A stretch of 64,000 bases of DNA, taken from IMG/VR virus record IMGVR_UViG_3300031134_000641. One strand, given 5' to 3'. The position numbers and the translations under genes are program-made. Positions 29,305 to 37,819 of this stretch are shown here, piece after piece. The notes beneath the pieces are model-generated. The model saw only the letters and a list, made by a program, of their open reading frames with translations. It was not told where the DNA came from and did not search any database. The stretch's first letter is position 1; every line of letters begins with the position of its first letter. This stretch comes from an uncultured virus (IMG/VR IMGVR_UViG_3300031134_000641) (lineage: Duplodnaviria > Heunggongvirae > Uroviricota > Caudoviricetes).

Positions 29305-30180
29305 ATGACTAAGCAAAAAAAGATTCTATTCTCAGCAGTCGGTGCAGTTGTAGTAATTGCACTCGCCATTGCTGCCTTCTTCGCGTTCGGTAACAGCACC
29401 GATGAACCAAAAACTTCACGCTTTGATGACACCCCAGTAGCAACTTCTTCTCCAACCCCTACCACTCGCCCTTCAGACGCTCCCGAGCCTGGTGAGACTG
29501 TAGCTCCTAAAGAAGACAAGCCAGTTGTGAACGTTGAGGGTCAACTTGCGTTGGCACAAGAAATGTTCCCTGACGCTACTTCAACGACAACTCACTCTAA
29601 AGATGAAGTTCAGTTAGCCCTGTACACTGCTTACATGTATGCAAACCAGGCTACCAGCGACACCTACTTCCTCAGTGGTAAATGGCTTGAAGAAAGCTAC
29701 AGTGCCGAGCAGTATGACTCAATCCTAGGTGAATACTTCACTGTTCAAGCCTACTCCACTATTCAGGCTGCGTTAGGCAACGTGTCCTCAACAGATGAAA
29801 AGACTTTTACAGACGCTCAGAACCAGCTTTTGTCCACCGTTCTATACAGCGCAGCTGGTGGTGACACAGGTTATGACATGACAGAGACTTGCATCAACCA
29901 GGGTGATGACTGCTTGAAGTCTGCTGCACCTAAGTTTAGCGACATTTCTTTCACAGATGACCCTAATGATGCTACACGAATTCTTGTTCAGTTCACACTG
30001 ACAACTGACCCTATCTACACTCACGAGGGTAACAGAGGCCACATTGACGCTGAATACAAGTTTAACCTTTACATGAAAGCTGCTACTGAAGAGAACTCAC
30101 GAACTGAAGGTTTCGTGTACTCTTACCTAGTAGATGGTTTCCAGGCAGATGTTGACAAGAGCGGTTGGAAGCAGGATTAA
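29305..30180 (+). CDS. Membrane-anchored/secreted protein
   Basis: N-terminal TM, P/T linker; GCCGATAA at 29249-29256. Confidence 0.8.
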   Translation: MTKQKKILFSAVGAVVVIALAIAAFFAFGNSTDEPKTSRFDDTPVATSSPTPTTRPSDAPEPGETVAPKEDKPVVNVEGQLALAQEMFPDATSTTTHSKDEVQLALYTAYMYANQATSDTYFLSGKWLEESYSAEQYDSILGEYFTVQAYSTIQAALGNVSSTDEKTFTDAQNQLLSTVLYSAAGGDTGYDMTETCINQGDDCLKSAAPKFSDISFTDDPNDATRILVQFTLTTDPIYTHEGNRGHIDAEYKFNLYMKAATEENSRTEGFVYSYLVDGFQADVDKSGWKQD

Positions 30181-31628
30181 TGCGTAAGATACTTCTAGGC
30201 CTTTTGGCCTTTACTGTCCTAGTAACAGGACTAACAATAGCTCCGTTCAGCAACAACTTACCTCAGGCTAACGCTGTTACCTGTGGTAGTGGTGCTGCTT
30301 GTATTGACTTGCCATATACTAGCGTTGCTGCTCCCGGTGGAAACACTGGTGGTAGTGGTGGTATTGGCGGCGGTTCAGGCCCTGGTACTGGTACCGGTGG
30401 TGGCGGTGGCGGTGGAACCGTACGACCTCCTACTGGAACTACCTACACGACTACAGCTTGTACAGCTGGAAATGGTATCTGTTACAATGAAAAGGGTGGC
30501 GGATATTACTGGGGTGGAGTCAAGTGGTTTGAGCTTGGTATGCCCAACAGTGGTTCCTTCAGCTGGGGTTGTGTAGTTACAGACCAGCCAATCGTGAGCG
30601 TAACCTTCCGTTATGTTAACAACACTATTGAAGGCTACTCATGTAAGAGAGCTAGCACACGAGTTAATAGTAATACAATTCTTCAGACTCGCACATGCTA
30701 CACCTCATATGACGCTGCACTATACCAGTCAACAAACAAATCTGCTATCCGTAGCGGTGGAAGTTTAGCTGGTGGAGCTTCATCACCTAACCCACGTAAC
30801 AACCAGCCTAACTCAGTTCACTCAGCTAACATCACGCTAGCTAACTTCAACCTCTGTGGTGGAATTGATATTAACCCGACGTTCGGTTTGAATAGACCTG
30901 ACCAGGGTGGTAACTCATACTACAGACTTCAGGCGCAAATTTACGGTAAGCAGTGTTCTCTACTAGGGTTCCAGGCGTTTGTTCAGGACACAAGCAGAAA
31001 CCGCATTGAATGTGGTGCTGTCGGCCCAGCCGGAAGTGCTTCAAGCTATGCTGTGAACGCATGTAACTACAACTACGTTAAGGTTGGAGCTAACCACGGT
31101 GCACTACCAAACAACGTTAACTTTGCAGTTAGTGCTTGTTCTAACTACCAGTGTTCAGCTGCTGCAACAAAAATCGGTGGAACAGACCAGCCAGTGCAGG
31201 TAATGCGTAACGGTGACAACGTTCCGGTTCAGTTCGCTAACTTGAACGTAAACCACGATGCTGGTGTTCGTAACATCACCAACGTCCAGCGCAACACAAC
31301 TGTAGTCGGTGGTTCCTCACCGTTCAACGGCACGGATGCTAACGCAGGTAACCAGTACTTCCAGTTGCAGAACGAAAAAGGCTCAAGGCTTAAGTTCGGT
31401 CAGTGGGAGTCAGGTAACAACGTAAATAGGAACCTAGTATTCTACTGGGCTTCTGACCAAGGCAAGAACTTCAAGCTTTCATCTAACTACAAGTTTGATG
31501 CTGAGTTCTACGTCTACGCTGCTGGTAGCACAACTGGTGGAGGAGGCTACGTATGGGCCAAGGATACCATCAACTGTGCAAACAGCTTATCTAACGCCGC
31601 TACAGTAACAAGGTCCGTTAATAGGTAA
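30180..31628 (+). CDS. Secreted Gly/Cys/Asn-rich protein (adhesin-like)
   Basis: Sec signal ending ANA, poly-Gly linker, many Cys; TAATG coupling. Confidence 0.8.
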   Translation: MRKILLGLLAFTVLVTGLTIAPFSNNLPQANAVTCGSGAACIDLPYTSVAAPGGNTGGSGGIGGGSGPGTGTGGGGGGGTVRPPTGTTYTTTACTAGNGICYNEKGGGYYWGGVKWFELGMPNSGSFSWGCVVTDQPIVSVTFRYVNNTIEGYSCKRASTRVNSNTILQTRTCYTSYDAALYQSTNKSAIRSGGSLAGGASSPNPRNNQPNSVHSANITLANFNLCGGIDINPTFGLNRPDQGGNSYYRLQAQIYGKQCSLLGFQAFVQDTSRNRIECGAVGPAGSASSYAVNACNYNYVKVGANHGALPNNVNFAVSACSNYQCSAAATKIGGTDQPVQVMRNGDNVPVQFANLNVNHDAGVRNITNVQRNTTVVGGSSPFNGTDANAGNQYFQLQNEKGSRLKFGQWESGNNVNRNLVFYWASDQGKNFKLSSNYKFDAEFYVYAAGSTTGGGGYVWAKDTINCANSLSNAATVTRSVNR

Positions 31629-31635
31629 TAATTAG

Positions 31636-31689
31636 ACAAAGAGGCTGTGACCTAAACACTAACTAGTGTTTAGGTCACAGCCTCTTTGT
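31636..31689 (+). terminator. Long hairpin
   Basis: 26-bp perfect inverted repeat after the stop. Confidence 0.8.
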
Positions 31690-31713
31690 TGTTTGACTTG
31701 TTAGGTATGAACT

Positions 31714-32562
31714 ATGAAAAGAACTCGCTACCCTCGTGTTGCCATCGGGAACGGTAGCTATTGTTATGCTGGACCTAACTGTAAGCTGCACGGTAACAAA
31801 TCTGTAGTATCTTCTGCAAAAAATGAAATTACGACCGTAGAAGAGTGGTCAGAAGAAGGATTCCAGCAAAAACTGGATAAAGTAGCAACTGCTTATCAGA
31901 ATGCTGTAAGTATGTCTAAGCTCGTTAAGTCATTAGCAGACTTAAAGGATGTAGAAAAGTTCAGCAACTACTGTGCCCGAAAAATTGAAGATGGTACAGG
32001 GTACTTCGTCTACAAAACTTCAGATGAACTTCCTAGATTAGGTATCGGTGTCGTATTAGATGAAATTAATAAAGCAGTAGACTCAGGGGTAATAGCTAAA
32101 GATCAAGTTTACGGCTTGCGTAATTCGCTCTTTACTTTTGTTGCATCAGAGTTGCAAACGCAAAGAGATAAAGACAAACAAACAATGGGTGACTTGAAAA
32201 ATGCCTACAACCGACATGGTCCTTCTGACAAGCCTTTCACTACCAAAAACAATACCCGAAAGAAAACACCCAAGACACGTTATCCATCCGAGAATCTTTC
32301 CAAGCAGCAGCTATTAGAATATCATCAGTGTTATCGCAAGCGGGCTTTTAGCTCTGAGGCTGAGGCCAAACAGTTTGTACAAAACGAAGGTGAAAGTCCA
32401 GGCTTAAACGTCTACAACTGTGATTACTGCACTAAGGTTCATATTGGGCATGGAGGCCAGAAAAAGCCTGAATACCAACAATTGAAAAGCGCTAAGTGGC
32501 ATTGGGACAATAATCCTGATAAAGCAGATGTATATGCGTTTGCTAAAAAGCTCATTGACTGA
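31714..32562 (+). CDS. Protein with N-terminal CxAxxxCxxH and C-terminal zinc finger
   Basis: CYAGPNCKLH; CYRKRAF..YNCDYCTKVH. Confidence 0.75.
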   Translation: MKRTRYPRVAIGNGSYCYAGPNCKLHGNKSVVSSAKNEITTVEEWSEEGFQQKLDKVATAYQNAVSMSKLVKSLADLKDVEKFSNYCARKIEDGTGYFVYKTSDELPRLGIGVVLDEINKAVDSGVIAKDQVYGLRNSLFTFVASELQTQRDKDKQTMGDLKNAYNRHGPSDKPFTTKNNTRKKTPKTRYPSENLSKQQLLEYHQCYRKRAFSSEAEAKQFVQNEGESPGLNVYNCDYCTKVHIGHGGQKKPEYQQLKSAKWHWDNNPDKADVYAFAKKLID

Positions 32563-32569
32563 CCATATT

Positions 32570-32617
32570 AGACACAAAAAAGCCTAACTTGAAAAATAGT
32601 TAGGCTTTTTTGTGTCT
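32570..32617 (+). terminator. Hairpin terminator
   Basis: 20-bp perfect arms followed by T-run. Confidence 0.75.
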
Positions 32618-32710
32618 TTTTGGTAAAAAGGTGTCTTTTTTAAAACACGGGACGATAGTAATGAAAAGACACAAAAAGTTATATAAAACTACCTGGAAGG
32701 AAGTTCACTC

Positions 32711-33925
32711 GTGTGCCAACCAAAATCTAAAGGTGGAGAACGATGCCTAGCTCACTCTTCATTCAGCAAGTTCGTCATGCGTGCGACAAAAACTAAGACA
32801 AACGCTGATGATGTAACAATCAAGCAGACAATGAAAGAGCTAAGTAAAGAAGGAAAAGACCTTCCAGATGTTAGCCCAGCAGAAGCAACAGCATGGGTAG
32901 ACACAAAGCGTTTCGCTACAGAGCTTGATCCTGACCTTGACTCTCACGAGCGCACGATTCAGCTTGCACAGCTGGAGCGTGCACGTGAGGAAGCAAAAAA
33001 CGGCGTCAAGGGTTCACGTTTCCATGTTTGGAAGAACCTCATGAAACGCGTAGCTTCTAAAATGAAGAAACCTCTTATTGCTGTAGGCCTTATTGGTTCT
33101 ATTGCTTTTGGTGCAGCAGGTTGTGCTCAGCCAGCACCAAGCAACCCTAACGGTTCAGGTGCACCAACATCTAGCCCATCTTCATCTAGCCAGCCTGTTG
33201 ACCCTGCTCGTACATACGGTGACGTTATTGCTCTCAAAGAGGTCACAGATGATAAAGGTACATATCAGCAGACTACTGTAAGTGATAGCGATGACTCTAT
33301 GCAGTATGATGCCTCCAAGGTAGACCAGACTGCATATGATGCAGGCTTCTCAGACACTGACCTAGAATCTGCTCAGAAGTGGACAGCTAAGTTTGTTGCT
33401 GAACAGCAGGCTGACAGTGGAGCAGTTGACTCTGACGCCGGATGGGAAGCATGGAAAGAGAACGAAGGCAGACAGTACATCGCTGCTGGAACATATGATT
33501 CAATTATGACTCCTGCTCCAGGTGGTGACCGTAGTGCTGTTATCTACAACAACCCTTCCAGTTCTGTACCTCCACTAATTCGTGATGGTGCTCCTCGTAT
33601 CCGTGATGAGAAAATTACAGTAACAGGCCTCTCTGGTGGTAACGACCCATCAGAAGGAAACTATGTGTGGGTTTCCGGTACAACTGAGACAAACTACAGG
33701 GCAACAGATGAAGCTGCATTAGCATTCGTTAAGAAACAAAACCCTGACGCGTCAGAACAGCTTCTAAAAGAAACTGTTCCTGGTTTGTTTGATGGTAAAG
33801 AGAACGCTTACAAAGTGAACATCACTTGGGGATATGCTCTAGTTAAGTCTGGAGATTCCTGGAAGCTAGGTGGATACAACACTGACGTTAAATCTGGTGG
33901 TTTCGTTGAGGCACAACAAAAGTAA
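32711..33925 (+). CDS. MCQ..GGERC-tagged protein with internal lipoprotein signal
   Basis: GTG start with GGAAGG SD; internal MKKPLIAVGLIGSIAFGAAGC lipobox. Confidence 0.8.
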   Translation: MCQPKSKGGERCLAHSSFSKFVMRATKTKTNADDVTIKQTMKELSKEGKDLPDVSPAEATAWVDTKRFATELDPDLDSHERTIQLAQLERAREEAKNGVKGSRFHVWKNLMKRVASKMKKPLIAVGLIGSIAFGAAGCAQPAPSNPNGSGAPTSSPSSSSQPVDPARTYGDVIALKEVTDDKGTYQQTTVSDSDDSMQYDASKVDQTAYDAGFSDTDLESAQKWTAKFVAEQQADSGAVDSDAGWEAWKENEGRQYIAAGTYDSIMTPAPGGDRSAVIYNNPSSSVPPLIRDGAPRIRDEKITVTGLSGGNDPSEGNYVWVSGTTETNYRATDEAALAFVKKQNPDASEQLLKETVPGLFDGKENAYKVNITWGYALVKSGDSWKLGGYNTDVKSGGFVEAQQK

Positions 33926-33934
33926 TATAGCACT

Positions 33935-33980
33935 ATAGAGTAGGCCCTCAGACTAAAACTAGTTTGAGGGCCTACTCTAT
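33935..33980. terminator. Bidirectional hairpin
   Basis: ATAGAGTAGGCCCTCA..TGAGGGCCTACTCTAT between convergent genes. Confidence 0.75.
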
Positions 33981-34031
33981 TTGTTCACAGGTGTACATGG
34001 ACATGCTTTGGGGTTGTCGTGAGCTTAGAAG

Positions 34032-34199
34032 TTAAATTGGGAATGTTACAATCAATATTGCCATTACAATTGCTGCACCTGTGACTGCTAGTGACATTGC
34101 AAGTTCTTTCAAAATGTTTTTGAGTTCGCTTGATTTTTTGGTAGCAATGCTGGGATGCCATATTCTGCCACCACTGACAGTGATATCTTTCTTCTTCAC
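34032..34199 (-). CDS. 55-aa membrane micro-protein with VSGGRIWHP motif (not in ORF track)
   Basis: MKKKDITVSGGRIWHPS..AVTGAAIVMAILIVTFPI; GTGA overlap with upstream stop. Confidence 0.7.
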   Translation of the reverse strand: MKKKDITVSGGRIWHPSIATKKSSELKNILKELAMSLAVTGAAIVMAILIVTFPI

Positions 34200-34444
34200 G
34201 GTAATCTCCCCGGCTGAAAGCTTAAAGTTTGTACCATGAAGTTTTGTAGTGCTGTGGTCACTTGTATAAACAGATGAGGGTTAGCTATCAATATTATTGC
34301 AATCACGAAGACTGCTGTAAGAAGCATAATTTTCATGATTTTCGCACTTGCTAGTTTATTGGCAATTAGTGTTTGGGAAGAAGCGGGTTTCCAAATGTGG
34401 CCGCCTTCTATTTCAGGTGTTTTTTCTTCTTCGTTTTCTGTCAT
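34196..34444 (-). CDS. 82-aa membrane micro-protein with IEGGHIWKP motif
   Basis: Motif plus a single TM helix. Confidence 0.75.
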   Translation of the reverse strand: MTENEEEKTPEIEGGHIWKPASSQTLIANKLASAKIMKIMLLTAVFVIAIILIANPHLFIQVTTALQNFMVQTLSFQPGRLP

Positions 34445-34446
34445 AG

Positions 34447-34686
34447 TTACATTAGTCCTAGCATGCTTGCAACAGTTGGTAGCTGGTTTAAAGCTAGCGC
34501 AGCTACTGGTAGTACTACCAGAAAAAAGAATACCCTTGGAGCGTACTCGTTTTTCTTAGTAGGGCTAGTGACAGCTTTAGGCTTAATTGGCTCCCAGACT
34601 TTACCTCCGCTTACACCAACTTCTTTAAGCGTCACAGCTGTAGGGCTATCATCAACTTGGGTTTCAATTTTTTCGTTGTCTGTCAT
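34447..34686 (-). CDS. 79-aa membrane micro-protein with VSGGKVWEP motif
   Basis: Motif plus C-terminal TM helix. Confidence 0.75.
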   Translation of the reverse strand: MTDNEKIETQVDDSPTAVTLKEVGVSGGKVWEPIKPKAVTSPTKKNEYAPRVFFFLVVLPVAALALNQLPTVASMLGLM

Positions 34687-34691
34687 AATTG

Positions 34692-34871
34692 CTACCCTGT
34701 CAGCCTAGCCATAAAAATGGCTTGTGCAATTGCGACGAATGTTGCAGAGCCAGCTGCCATAAAGAACCATATTTTCGCTCCTGACACTTTCTTCTGCACA
34801 GTACTGTTGGGAGTCCATATTTTACCTCCATCTACACTGCGTTCCATGTTTTCTTCTGCTGTAATTTCCAT
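34692..34871 (-). CDS. 59-aa membrane micro-protein with VDGGKIWTP motif (not in ORF track)
   Basis: MEITAEENMERSVDGGKIWTP..WFFMAAGSATFVAIAQAIF. Confidence 0.7.
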   Translation of the reverse strand: MEITAEENMERSVDGGKIWTPNSTVQKKVSGAKIWFFMAAGSATFVAIAQAIFMARLTG

Positions 34872-34918
34872 TATGCTTTCTGCTATCAGTTAAGTTCATT
34901 ACTTTTGGTCTAAGAGCT

Positions 34919-35035
34919 TTAGATTCCGCCGCCACCAACGAGCATGGGAGCAACAAGGCCTACTGCTGTGAGTGCTGCTACAACAATCACTACGATTTTG
35001 ATATTCTTCTGGCGTTTGTCAAATTTGTTTGTCAT
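34919..35035 (-). CDS. 38-aa single-TM peptide (not in ORF track)
   Basis: MTNKFDKRQKNIKIVVIVVAALTAVGLVAPMLVGGGGI; TGG-TATGAT-N6-ATG. Confidence 0.65.
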   Translation of the reverse strand: MTNKFDKRQKNIKIVVIVVAALTAVGLVAPMLVGGGGI

Positions 35036-35070
35036 AGACTCATCATACCAGACTTTTTGTAATGGAAAAC

Positions 35071-35116
35071 AAAATGCTGTGGGCATACTTATTTTTTAGT
35101 ATGCCCACAGCATTTT
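35071..35116 (-). terminator. Hairpin terminator
   Basis: AAAATGCTGTGGGCATACT..AGTATGCCCACAGCATTTT at the ligase stop. Confidence 0.75.
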
Positions 35117-35726
35117 ATTTCAGCTTCTCGTACATTGTTACGTTGTCCGCGAATTTTGTTTTCAGTTTGTCCAGCCAAGCTCGGTTTTTGACTTTGAAGT
35201 TAATTGGTCGGTTACGGTTGTCTAAGCCGCCTTTGCATACGACACCTTCAAATGTCATACCGTCAAGCTCACCGTTTTTTACACGGTTGATGAATCCTTG
35301 GTTGGGTTTACCTTCATAGAGTACTTCCGCCGTTTCCACTCGGTTTCCTACCAGCTTTAGGAACTCTTTAGCTGTTAGTAGACCCTGCTTGTACACGTGA
35401 ATGTCAAACAGTGTCACAGTGTGCTGTTCTTGTTCGTGGAACCCTGCAAAGCTGTTCGGCCCGTGGAACTCAAGAAATGCGGTGGCACGCTGATATTTCT
35501 GTTTACGGAAAATTTGCTCTAGGTCAGCAGCGTACTTTTCGTGGAACAGTTCTATTGCTTCACCGAAAGGCTTCTCAGTTGGGTCAAGAAGTCGCTGTCT
35601 TGTACCAAATTTAGTGAACCCTGTTTTTGATGACCATTCGGCTCGGATGTTTGAGCCGTCAATTTTATCAAATGCGATGATGTTCTGGTTAGCGATGTTT
35701 GTTGTTATAGTTGGATAAATTTCCAT
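35115..35726 (-). CDS. ATP-dependent RNA-ligase-like nucleotidyltransferase
   Basis: KIDGSN (KxDGxN), EFHG, LFDI, EGVV, FKVK covalent nucleotidyltransferase motifs. Confidence 0.75.
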   Translation of the reverse strand: MEIYPTITTNIANQNIIAFDKIDGSNIRAEWSSKTGFTKFGTRQRLLDPTEKPFGEAIELFHEKYAADLEQIFRKQKYQRATAFLEFHGPNSFAGFHEQEQHTVTLFDIHVYKQGLLTAKEFLKLVGNRVETAEVLYEGKPNQGFINRVKNGELDGMTFEGVVCKGGLDNRNRPINFKVKNRAWLDKLKTKFADNVTMYEKLK

Positions 35727-35947
35727 TGAGTAGTTGTACCCTTTCAGGGCATAGTAGAGTTAGTTAGTTAAAATGAGAGGTCAAGCAACTGTTTTAGATA
35801 CAGGTGACCTGTGAATAGGCGTCAGAAGCCGTACAACCCTTATGGGGAGGCTTTTAAGCGGTTTTAACCTTGGTGTTCATGATAACTCCTTCAATGTCTT
35901 AGAAACGATTCTAGCACAGTTTCTGCCTGAATGCAAACTCTGTTTTG

Positions 35948-36556
35948 CTACTCTTTTGGGCTAACTTGTTTCAATGTTAGCTTATCGGTTTTGTCGTTTG
36001 TTTCCATCACAACTTTGTCTCCGTTTTCTTCAATGAAGATATACTGAGAGTCTTCGTCAACAGGTACTAACGCATTTTGAGTTTCATCAAAATCCAGGCC
36101 ATACTGGTTTTGAGTCCACGAACTGAAGTTGTCTGTTTGAGTCTCTTTGATTGTTTCGTTTTGAGTGCTGTTTATCGTGTTACTGAAAAGGATAACAGCG
36201 AAGATGACTAGAACGTTTGGCAGGAATTTTGTTTTCACACGATTCTTAGCGCCTGAGGCAATGTCTTTGATGAGGAAACCTACTGCAACGATGATGACAA
36301 GAAACTTAGGTACAGAAGTTAGGAAAGCATAGTACAGTGCCTGCTCATTATTGTAGTAGACTTCAGACGTTGCTGGCAAGCCTATAAAAGTGTTCGCAGC
36401 GACAATGCTTAACAAACTAACGAGGTAGACACCCAGTGTTGACAGTAGAGCATAGGTAATGAAAGGCCACGTAAACATCTTTACTGTAACTGGTTGCCAA
36501 ACTTTGCCTCCTTTTGCGGTGGCAGGAACCAAATTTTTTCTGTTGAATACGGGCAT
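35948..36556 (-). CDS. Membrane protein with AKGGKVWQP motif
   Basis: 3 TM helices; TGA-TACAAT-N6-ATG. Confidence 0.8.
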   Translation of the reverse strand: MPVFNRKNLVPATAKGGKVWQPVTVKMFTWPFITYALLSTLGVYLVSLLSIVAANTFIGLPATSEVYYNNEQALYYAFLTSVPKFLVIIVAVGFLIKDIASGAKNRVKTKFLPNVLVIFAVILFSNTINSTQNETIKETQTDNFSSWTQNQYGLDFDETQNALVPVDEDSQYIFIEENGDKVVMETNDKTDKLTLKQVSPKE

Positions 36557-36592
36557 AGTTCTATTGTATCATCTTAGTTTCGTTTTGTGTAA

Positions 36593-36638
36593 AAATAACT
36601 GTGGCCCGCATAAAGTTTTATGCGGGCCACAGTTATTT
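36593..36638 (-). terminator. Hairpin terminator
   Basis: AAATAACTGTGGCCCGCATAAA..TTTATGCGGGCCACAGTTATTT. Confidence 0.75.
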
Positions 36639-36642
36639 AACT

Positions 36643-37359
36643 TCACTGGGGGTTGTTGAACATAGCATTCTGTGTGTAGCTAATCAACCGGTCAAGGTCA
36701 ACAAGCCTACCTTCAGCCTGCATCTGGTCAATTAGCTCTTTAGCCTGTCTGAAAGCCTTGTCAGGGTCAAGGAATTTCTCAGCTTCCACTTTAAAATCAA
36801 CGCATGAGTCAATCTGTACGGGGCTGAAACCTTCAGGAGAGATTTCGTTACCAAAATCTTCAAACTTTTTGACGTAGTTTTCCACTTTGTTCTTAGCTGC
36901 ACAGTCAGCGCATGCTGAAACCATGAATCCACTGACGTGTTTTAGAACACCTATGCCTTTGTTGCTGCAATTCCAGCATGAGGGCATGAGAATCTTGGTG
37001 ATACGCTGGTGCTCAGCCCTGAAACCGTGCTCCGCGACTACAACTGTACCTGACAGGGCAACTTGCACAATTGCCAGGTTAGAGAACCCACCGCATTCGT
37101 TTAGCCAGTGGTGGTATGTCTGCCCTACGTTGTTGTAAGCATAGAAGCCACATGAGCAGTTCTCAAATGACTTGTGCTTGGAGGAGCATAGACTGTTATC
37201 AGAAAGCTCAAAGTCGTTGACACTGTGGTGAGGGCCTACAATTTTGATGTGACCATCTTTGAGGCTCTTCAAGCTCACCACTTTGTAACCGTAGCGCGGA
37301 GCGATACGGTCAAATTTGCCATCTGATTGGACGCTGCCAATGAAGTTAGTATTTGTCAT
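36643..37359 (-). CDS. Cys-rich hypothetical protein (CxCGFYA domain)
   Basis: CSCGFYA..LSGTVV.AEHGFRAE; CWNC and CADC pairs. Confidence 0.75.
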   Translation of the reverse strand: MTNTNFIGSVQSDGKFDRIAPRYGYKVVSLKSLKDGHIKIVGPHHSVNDFELSDNSLCSSKHKSFENCSCGFYAYNNVGQTYHHWLNECGGFSNLAIVQVALSGTVVVAEHGFRAEHQRITKILMPSCWNCSNKGIGVLKHVSGFMVSACADCAAKNKVENYVKKFEDFGNEISPEGFSPVQIDSCVDFKVEAEKFLDPDKAFRQAKELIDQMQAEGRLVDLDRLISYTQNAMFNNPQ

Positions 37360-37364
37360 GCTGA

Positions 37365-37490
37365 TTACTCGGCGGCGACCTTAACTTTTTCTTCAGCGAC
37401 GACTGTTGTAGCGTCGAAAGCTGTAACCTCAGGGGTAGCAACCTCAACATCTACAACGTTCTCAACGCGAACTTTATTACCTAGCTGCAT
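37365..37490 (-). CDS. 41-aa V/E-rich peptide (not in ORF track)
   Basis: MQLGNKVRVENVVDVEVATPEV..; AAAGGA SD; TGC-TAGAAT upstream. Confidence 0.65.
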   Translation of the reverse strand: MQLGNKVRVENVVDVEVATPEVTAFDATTVVAEEKVKVAAE

Positions 37491-37569
37491 AATTGATCCT
37501 TTTCGTTAGATGAAACTTTATTCTAGCACACTTTTGATTGTTGCGCTGAGATTATTATCTGCATAAAAG

Positions 37570-37609
37570 AAGTAGCCCCGCAAAACAATAATGTTTTGCG
37601 GGGCTACTT
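37570..37609 (-). terminator. Hairpin terminator
   Basis: AAGTAGCCCCGCAAAACA-ATAA-TGTTTTGCGGGGCTACTT. Confidence 0.75.
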
Positions 37610-37618
37610 ACAATCTGA

Positions 37619-37684
37619 TTAAGACCAGTCGTTTTCTGTTGTCCACGGCTTAGCTGTTGTCTCATCATTTTCAGGGTTAGTCAT
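37619..37684 (-). CDS. 21-aa acidic peptide (not in ORF track)
   Basis: MTNPENDETTAKPWTTENDWS between CCGATAG (37721-37727, minus) and a hairpin. Confidence 0.5.
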   Translation of the reverse strand: MTNPENDETTAKPWTTENDWS

Positions 37685-37819
37685 CAGAATATCTTTCTAT
37701 AGTTTAGGAACAGTATGTTTCTATCGGGTAAACTTTCTGCGATGAACACAAAATTTCTGCTAGCCTATAGATATAATATGGAGTGAGATTTAAGGCTCCC
37801 ACTAGTAAGGATAAATATT

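Noticed and set aside
30340..30420. GGT/GGC-rich tandem repeat
   Set aside because: Simply encodes a poly-Gly linker
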